Assembly: GCA_043798935.1 (NCBI GenBank)
Contig: JAZDOC010000006.1
Span: forward strand, 24,996-88,995
Direction: 5' to 3'
DNA length: 64,000 nt
From: Patescibacteria group bacterium
Lineage (GTDB): Bacteria; Patescibacteriota; Patescibacteriia; UBA9570; JAHJKD01
Position 1 is the first letter of the stretch. The number at the start of each line of letters is the position of its first letter. Below are positions 58,484 through 64,000 of the stretch, piece by piece. The translations under genes and the position numbers were made by a program. The notes beneath the pieces were generated by a model, which was not told where the DNA came from, did no database searches, and saw only the letters and a program-made list of their open reading frames with translations.

Positions 58484-60118
58484 ATGGCAAAAAAACCAAA
58501 ATTTATCTTTGTTGTTGGCGGTGTAATGTCGAGTGTGGGAAAAGGAGTCACAACATCATCAATCGGCTTATTATTGCAAAGCAAAGGTTATAAAGTGACA
58601 GCTATTAAAGCTGACCCATATATAAACGTTGATGCTGGCACCATGAATCCAACCGAACATGGCGAAGTATTTGTGACCGAAGACAAAGACGAATGCGATC
58701 AAGATATCGGCAACTACGAACGATTTTTAGACACAAATATCTATTCAGTAAACTACATGACCACCGGCCGTGTTTATGAGACAGTCATTCATAAAGAGAG
58801 GAATTTAGAATATAAAGGCAAATGCGTGGAAGTTGTGCCTCACATTCCGCTGGAAATTATTCGTCGTATTAAAAATGCTCAAAAAAAAGCCAAAGCCGAT
58901 GTAACAATTATTGAAATTGGCGGAACTATTGGCGAGTATCAGAACATATTGTTTTTGGAAGCTGGTCGCATGATGAAACAAAGAAATCCTCAAGATGTGA
59001 CTTTTGTGTTAGTTAGTTATTTACCGATTCCAAAAAGAGTTGGTGAAATGAAAACCAAGCCCACCCAAAACGCCGCCCGAGCTTTAAACAGCGTGGGGAT
59101 TATAGCGGATTTTATTATTTGTCGCGCTGAATTACCGCTCGATAATAAACGTCGTGAAAAAATAGCTACCTTCTGCGGTATTTCCAAAGAAAATGCAATT
59201 TCTGCGCCAGACGCTGATTCTATTTACGATATTCCATTATATTTTGAAAAAGATAAACTAGGTGATAAAATTTTAAAAGAATTGAATTTGAAAAATCGGC
59301 CATCAAAATTGAAGGAGTGGCGCAAAATGGTAAGTAAAATAAAAACTTCCACTAAAGAAGTTAAAATCGGCGTAGTGGGAAAGTATTTTGGCACTGGCGA
59401 TTTTACTTTGGCCGACTCATACATTTCAGTAATCGAAGCTTTAAAGCATGCTTGCTGGGTAAATGGCGTAAAACATAAATTAACTTGGATTGACTCTGAA
59501 GAATACGAGCATAATCCGCGGAGCGTAAAAGAATTAAGTAAATACGATGGCATCATCGTGCCGGGTGGTTTTGGTACTCGTGGCATTGAAGGAATTATAA
59601 AAGCCATTAAATATGTTCGTGAAAATAATATTCCTTATTTTGGTTTATGCTATGGTATGCAACTAGCTTGTGTGGAACTAGCTCGAAATATTTTAAATCT
59701 TAAAGATGCCCACACGGTTGAAGTAAATCCTGATACAAAAAATCCAATTATCCATGTAAATCCCGAGCAGGCTAAAAATATCGAAGAGCAAAAATATGGC
59801 GGAACTTTGCGCCTAGGATCTTACCGCTGTAAATTAATGAAAAATAGTTTAGCCGGGCAAGCTTATAATAAAAATATAATTTCCGAGCGCCATCGCCATC
59901 GTTATGAATTTAATAATGAATACAAAGATACTTTAGCAACTGCCGGCATTAAATTTTCCGGAATTAACCCCGAACACAATTTAGTTGAGATTATTGAAAA
60001 TATTAATCATCCTTGGTTTGTGGGCGTTCAATATCATCCCGAATTTAAATCTCGTCCATTAAATCCCCATCCATTATTTAGAGATTTTATTGCTGCGGCT
60101 AAAAAGCGCGCTAAATAA
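58484..60118 (+). CDS. pyrG: CTP synthase
   Basis: GGVMSSVGKG, DPYINVDAGTMNP, KTKPTQ, GLCYGMQ, ERHRHRYE, QYHPEF. Confidence 0.97.
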   Translation: MAKKPKFIFVVGGVMSSVGKGVTTSSIGLLLQSKGYKVTAIKADPYINVDAGTMNPTEHGEVFVTEDKDECDQDIGNYERFLDTNIYSVNYMTTGRVYETVIHKERNLEYKGKCVEVVPHIPLEIIRRIKNAQKKAKADVTIIEIGGTIGEYQNILFLEAGRMMKQRNPQDVTFVLVSYLPIPKRVGEMKTKPTQNAARALNSVGIIADFIICRAELPLDNKRREKIATFCGISKENAISAPDADSIYDIPLYFEKDKLGDKILKELNLKNRPSKLKEWRKMVSKIKTSTKEVKIGVVGKYFGTGDFTLADSYISVIEALKHACWVNGVKHKLTWIDSEEYEHNPRSVKELSKYDGIIVPGGFGTRGIEGIIKAIKYVRENNIPYFGLCYGMQLACVELARNILNLKDAHTVEVNPDTKNPIIHVNPEQAKNIEEQKYGGTLRLGSYRCKLMKNSLAGQAYNKNIISERHRHRYEFNNEYKDTLATAGIKFSGINPEHNLVEIIENINHPWFVGVQYHPEFKSRPLNPHPLFRDFIAAAKKRAK

Positions 60119-60132
60119 AAAAAATCAATAAA

Positions 60133-60160
60133 AAAACAACCCGGTAAAATGGGTTGTTTT
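60133..60160. terminator. Bidirectional terminator between convergent pyrG and rpmA
   Basis: AAAACAACCC-ggtaaaat-GGGTTGTTTT with A- and T-tracts on either side. Confidence 0.75.
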
Positions 60161-60175
60161 GAAATAAGTAAAATT

Positions 60176-60454
60176 TTATGCGCAAACGATGCTAATGTAT
60201 TTTGCTGTTTGCAGTTGACCATTAAATTTTTTAACCTTACGGGTTGTGAATTTAATTACCCCGGCTTTTCCGGCATATAAAGTATCATCTTCACCGCGTT
60301 TTACATTTTTTCCAGGTCTTACTTTAGTGCCTCGCTGACGAACTAATATTTCTCCGGCTTTTACTTCCTGACCGCTGAATCTTTTAATGCCAAGTCTTTT
60401 TGATACTGAATCTCGGCCATATTGAGTTGAGCCGCCTGCTTTTGTGTGTGCCAT
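60176..60454 (-). CDS. rpmA: 50S ribosomal protein L27
   Basis: [36 protein letters not shown]. Confidence 0.97.
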   Translation of the reverse strand: MAHTKAGGSTQYGRDSVSKRLGIKRFSGQEVKAGEILVRQRGTKVRPGKNVKRGEDDTLYAGKAGVIKFTTRKVKKFNGQLQTAKYISIVCA

Positions 60455-60507
60455 ATATAACTGTCAATTATTAATTTATAAATGTTATAATATTTTTAGA
60501 CTTCCAT

Positions 60508-60550
60508 ATAATATATATTTTTTGACATTATGTCAAGAGATGGTTATGAT
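60508..60550. promoter_or_regulatory. Interlocked divergent promoters for rpmA and cysteine desulfurase
   Basis: Palindrome TTGACA-TTA-TGTCAA (60522-60536). Plus: TTGACA-17-TATGAT (60545-60550). Minus: TTGACA-17-TATTAT (60513-60508). Confidence 0.7.
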
Positions 60551-60579
60551 ATGAATATAATTTTTAAAAGTAATTAAAT

Positions 60580-61737
60580 ATGCAAGTTTATTTAGATAAT
60601 GCCGCTACCACTAAGCTAGATCCGATGGTTTTAAAAGCCATGATGCCGTATCTAGCAGATAATTATGGCAATGCCATGAGCGTACATCAGTACGGGCAAA
60701 ATGCTTTATCCGGTACCGACAAAGCTCGTGAACAAGTAGCGAATTTTTTGAATTGTAAGAGTACAGAAGTGCTTTTTACTTCCGGAGCTACTGAAAGCAA
60801 CAACTTGGCTTTAAAAGGCGTTGTAGACGCTTATAAAGAGGCTTTAAAGCCACATTTAATAGTTTCAGCCATTGAGCACGATTGTGTATTAGAAACTGCT
60901 AAATATTTGAAAAACAAGGATCTAATAGAATTAGATTTTGTAAAACCAGATAATCAAGGCATAATCTCACCTTTGGCAGTTAAAAAAATTATTAAACCAA
61001 ATACAATCTTGATTTCAATTATGTATGTTAATAATGAAATTGGCGTAATTCAACCAATTGCCGAAATAGCAAAGCAAATTAAAAAAATAAATAAGAATAT
61101 TTATTTTCATACCGATGCTGTGCAGGCCATGAATTATTTAAGTTGTAATGTTGATGACTTAGGCGTTGATCTATTATCTTTTTCGGGTCATAAAATTTAT
61201 GGGCCCAAAGGTATTGGAGTATTATATCGTCGAAGCGGAGTTAAAATAAATAAAATTCAGCATGGCGGAGAACAAGAAAACAGGTTGCGCGCCGGTACAC
61301 ATAATGTTTCTGGAATTGTTGGTTTAGGCGAAGCCGTAGCATTAATCGATTTTAAACATAATGCAAATATTAAAAAATTACGCGATTATCTTTTTTTAGG
61401 CATTAAAAAAAATATTAGCAACATTGAAATTAACGGATCGTTTACCGAACGCACACCAAACAATTTAAATGTAAGTTTTAAAAATATTGAAGGCGAGGGG
61501 ATTCTTATTTCTTTAGATCTTGAAGGCATTGCTGTTTCCACCGGCTCGGCCTGTTCATCCGGCTCATTAGATCCTTCACACGTGATTATGGAAATATCCA
61601 ACTCTGATCATCTGCGTTCGCATGCCTCGGTGCGCTTCACTTTAAGCAAGTTTACTACCAAAAAAGAAATCGATTATGTTTTAAAAAAGCTACCATTAGT
61701 GGTAGCCCGATTAAGAAAAATATCGCCTTTTAAATAA
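60580..61737 (+). CDS. iscS: Cysteine desulfurase (IscS/NifS group I)
   Basis: YLDNAATT, FTSGATESNN, HTDAVQ, SGHKIYGPKG, STGSACSS. Confidence 0.92.
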   Translation: MQVYLDNAATTKLDPMVLKAMMPYLADNYGNAMSVHQYGQNALSGTDKAREQVANFLNCKSTEVLFTSGATESNNLALKGVVDAYKEALKPHLIVSAIEHDCVLETAKYLKNKDLIELDFVKPDNQGIISPLAVKKIIKPNTILISIMYVNNEIGVIQPIAEIAKQIKKINKNIYFHTDAVQAMNYLSCNVDDLGVDLLSFSGHKIYGPKGIGVLYRRSGVKINKIQHGGEQENRLRAGTHNVSGIVGLGEAVALIDFKHNANIKKLRDYLFLGIKKNISNIEINGSFTERTPNNLNVSFKNIEGEGILISLDLEGIAVSTGSACSSGSLDPSHVIMEISNSDHLRSHASVRFTLSKFTTKKEIDYVLKKLPLVVARLRKISPFK

Positions 61738-61739
61738 GC

Positions 61740-62000
61740 TTAAAAAGGATTAATTATTTTGTTAGGTAAAGAATCTTTTTGTTTTTCAATTTCTTTATTA
61801 ATAATCGATTTATAAGTAGCTTGATTTACCGAATTACTGCCTTTGGCTTGAATGAGCGCATCTTCATTTTGGTATAAATCATAAATATTTTTATAAATAT
61901 TATAAAGCATAATACTACTGTATATCATGGCGACGGCAATCACAACAAAACCATAATTATGAATAAGAAATTTTTTAAGATAATGTAAATATTTAGACAT
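61740..62000 (-). CDS. Small membrane protein at the end of the pilMNO operon
   Basis: One TM helix, ends INPF; start ATG 62000. Confidence 0.6.
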   Translation of the reverse strand: MSKYLHYLKKFLIHNYGFVVIAVAMIYSSIMLYNIYKNIYDLYQNEDALIQAKGSNSVNQATYKSIINKEIEKQKDSLPNKIINPF

Positions 62001-62002
62001 AA

Positions 62003-62545
62003 TTAATTCCAATAAGTTTTAGCCGATATTTTCATATTAATAAAATCTTCAGGCACTATTTCATCAATAGCATGGGGGGCTTGTTCGGATGTTGAGATTA
62101 TAATACCACTGTAATTTATATAGTATTCTTGTTGTTCTAGCCGATTAATATAATTAAGCGCATCGTTTAAAGTGCAGCTAAGAGTTAAGCCCAGGTTAAG
62201 CATCTCATAAGGAGCGTTGCTTTGCGGATCTGATAAATCGATGTTTAAGATGCAATTATTATCTTGCGCCAGGTTTTCAAGGGAATTTACAAATTGAAGC
62301 GTATTTTCGGTTGAAAAAAAGATTTTTTCAATATCGGTTTTATTAAGTTTGTGATATTCATTATAACTAGCAATAATATTATGATTTGCGGCTTGATTTT
62401 CCGACGAAGTTTGTTTTTTTTCAGAAATTTGTTGCTGTAAAGATAAACTTTTATTTTGCAAAAAAGTAAGAAGCCAAAAAATTATTACCAAGGCGGAAAC
62501 AACCATTAAAACAGTTAAAATAATTATTTTATATTTATTTTTCAT
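62003..62545 (-). CDS. pilO: Type IV pilus assembly PilO-like protein
   Basis: TM helix plus coiled coil, FVNSLENLA, LNYINRLE; follows PilN-like gene. Confidence 0.65.
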   Translation of the reverse strand: MKNKYKIIILTVLMVVSALVIIFWLLTFLQNKSLSLQQQISEKKQTSSENQAANHNIIASYNEYHKLNKTDIEKIFFSTENTLQFVNSLENLAQDNNCILNIDLSDPQSNAPYEMLNLGLTLSCTLNDALNYINRLEQQEYYINYSGIIISTSEQAPHAIDEIVPEDFINMKISAKTYWN

Positions 62546-63074
62546 AATCAGGGTTTATTTGGCCGGTATATTCAAATTTGATATTTTCTTTTTCAGACCA
62601 AGTACTGATTGGGTATTTAAAATTGGTGAAAATTTCGCTATTCGAAAGTTGATCCTGGAGAATAGATAATTGATCGCGATCAGTAGCTATGCCGGCAATT
62701 ACGACAGATTTCTTGTCGATTGAAAATTCCATGCGATTAACCGTAATACCGCTTGGAATTAATTTGCTTAATTCAGTAATTAAAATAACCGGATTAATAT
62801 GTTCGGTCTGAATTTGTTCAGCTTTTTTTAGCATTTGGTTAAAATTGATAATTTCTTGTTTTTTATTATCCACATTTTGCTGTTGCTCGACCGGAATTAA
62901 ATTTTGAGTGTCCATATCATTTAAAATAGCCGAAAAAAATATATAATTACCAATATATAAAACTGCCGGAATGATCAGAATAAAAATAAAAATATAAAAA
63001 ACTTTAAGCGCTATTTTATATTGGCGTTTAAATGTAACTTCTTTTTTTATGGTCGGCGGTAGAATATTTAGCAT
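62535..63074 (-). CDS. pilN: Type IV pilus assembly PilN-like protein
   Basis: MLNILPP, TM helix, ELSKLIPSGITV, IAGIATDR. Confidence 0.8.
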   Translation of the reverse strand: MLNILPPTIKKEVTFKRQYKIALKVFYIFIFILIIPAVLYIGNYIFFSAILNDMDTQNLIPVEQQQNVDNKKQEIINFNQMLKKAEQIQTEHINPVILITELSKLIPSGITVNRMEFSIDKKSVVIAGIATDRDQLSILQDQLSNSEIFTNFKYPISTWSEKENIKFEYTGQINPDYEK

Positions 63075-63078
63075 ATAT

Positions 63079-63999
63079 TTAAATGTAATCTTTGTTTAAT
63101 GATCGGCGCAAAGCCAAGCCAATAGCCGTAGTGTAGGCCAGGGGATATTGCATTTTTTTCATTAAGGTAAGCTGACCATTTTTTATATTTTGCCATGGAT
63201 TACCGGGTAAGCTGTTAAGCTGGAATTTGTCCTGTGTAATTTCACTTAAATTTTTTATGTAAGCACCACTACCGCAAGTAATGATGGTGGAGATTCTAGC
63301 CTCGGCAAATAAGTGGTTATTATAAAAGATTATTACTTTGTTAATGGCATTTAATAAATCCGAAATATAAGCCTCATGATTAGAAATTACGGTTGCAAAA
63401 CTTATTGAAAATGTAACCGTGTTTTTATAAACTATGAATACGGTTGTGCGTGCTTGGCCGATATCAACAATAATATAAACCGACTGATCATCGTAGTGTC
63501 GGTTTGGTAATAAGCATCTGGTGATAGCTTCGGTTTCCACTTCCATTACCTCTACTTCATAGCCAGCTTCATTTAAAACATCTAAATAATTATTAATGAA
63601 AGTTTTTTTGCAAGCCGAAAAATGCAGAGCATCGGAATTATTAAAATAATTCGGAAGAATTTTGTAATCCAAATATATTTCTTCAAATTTAAAAGGCAAG
63701 TGTTTAGAAATTTCATCCAGTATTAATTCTTTCTTGCGGGTATTAATATCTTCAAGTTTCATGAAAGATTGTTTTTCTGGCAAACTAACGATAATTTTGT
63801 TTTTTTGAATTTTTGCTCCGACTACGTCTTTTTTTAATAATTTCAATAACCCGACGATTTTATCTTGATCAATAATTATGCCATCAGTAATGATCCCGTG
63901 AGGCACATCGACTTCGGAAAAAGAAACTAATTTAACACGGCGATTATTATTGTTTAATTGCACCAAGCGCAATTTATAATCGCTGATATCCAAGCCTAA
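63079..63999 (-). CDS. pilM: Type IV pilus assembly PilM (5' end outside window)
   Basis: LGLDISD, IVDIGQART, TCGSGA, GNPW, YTTAIGLALR; frame stays open to the window edge. Confidence 0.88.
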   Translation of the reverse strand, partial: LGLDISDYKLRLVQLNNNNRRVKLVSFSEVDVPHGIITDGIIIDQDKIVGLLKLLKKDVVGAKIQKNKIIVSLPEKQSFMKLEDINTRKKELILDEISKHLPFKFEEIYLDYKILPNYFNNSDALHFSACKKTFINNYLDVLNEAGYEVEVMEVETEAITRCLLPNRHYDDQSVYIIVDIGQARTTVFIVYKNTVTFSISFATVISNHEAYISDLLNAINKVIIFYNNHLFAEARISTIITCGSGAYIKNLSEITQDKFQLNSLPGNPWQNIKNGQLTLMKKMQYPLAYTTAIGLALRRSLNKDYI

Positions 64000-64000
64000 A

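Overview
AT-rich, densely packed bacterial DNA read with the standard code. Gene content and style (pilMNO, ctpA-rplI-pyrG, PEGA and FG-GAP proteins, almost no Shine-Dalgarno motifs) suggest a Patescibacteria/CPR genome; this is an inference. About 1-54.4 kb is one very large cell-surface glycosylation locus. It holds many GT2, GT4 and GT-C glycosyltransferases, three Wzx-like flippases, GtrA, and nucleotide-sugar genes (ugd, gmd, glf, rmlABCD, epimerases). Three embedded modules look like glycan-decoration systems: PAPS synthesis (RHH protein-sat-DHH-AlkP-cysC, plus a sulfotransferase), a cytidylyltransferase/EgsA-like dehydrogenase/CDP-alcohol phosphotransferase/AlkP module, and adenosine kinase-ahcY inserted in the rml genes. 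From 54.4 kb onward the genes are housekeeping (murA, ctpA, rplI, pyrG, rpmA, cysteine desulfurase, pilMNO). The most striking unannotated signal is a two-copy non-coding element (17683-17758 and 51557-51635). Each copy has a hairpin with an identical ACAAG loop but a different stem, then a 34-nt block that is 32/34 identical and begins exactly 38 nt before an ATG. Also seen: an in-frame TAG splitting a GT87-like gene, a 7-nt tandem repeat inside a GT4 gene, several apparently leaderless genes and REP-like palindromes. I found no rRNA, tRNA, CRISPR array, transposase or integrase. All product calls come from motif recognition, not database searches.
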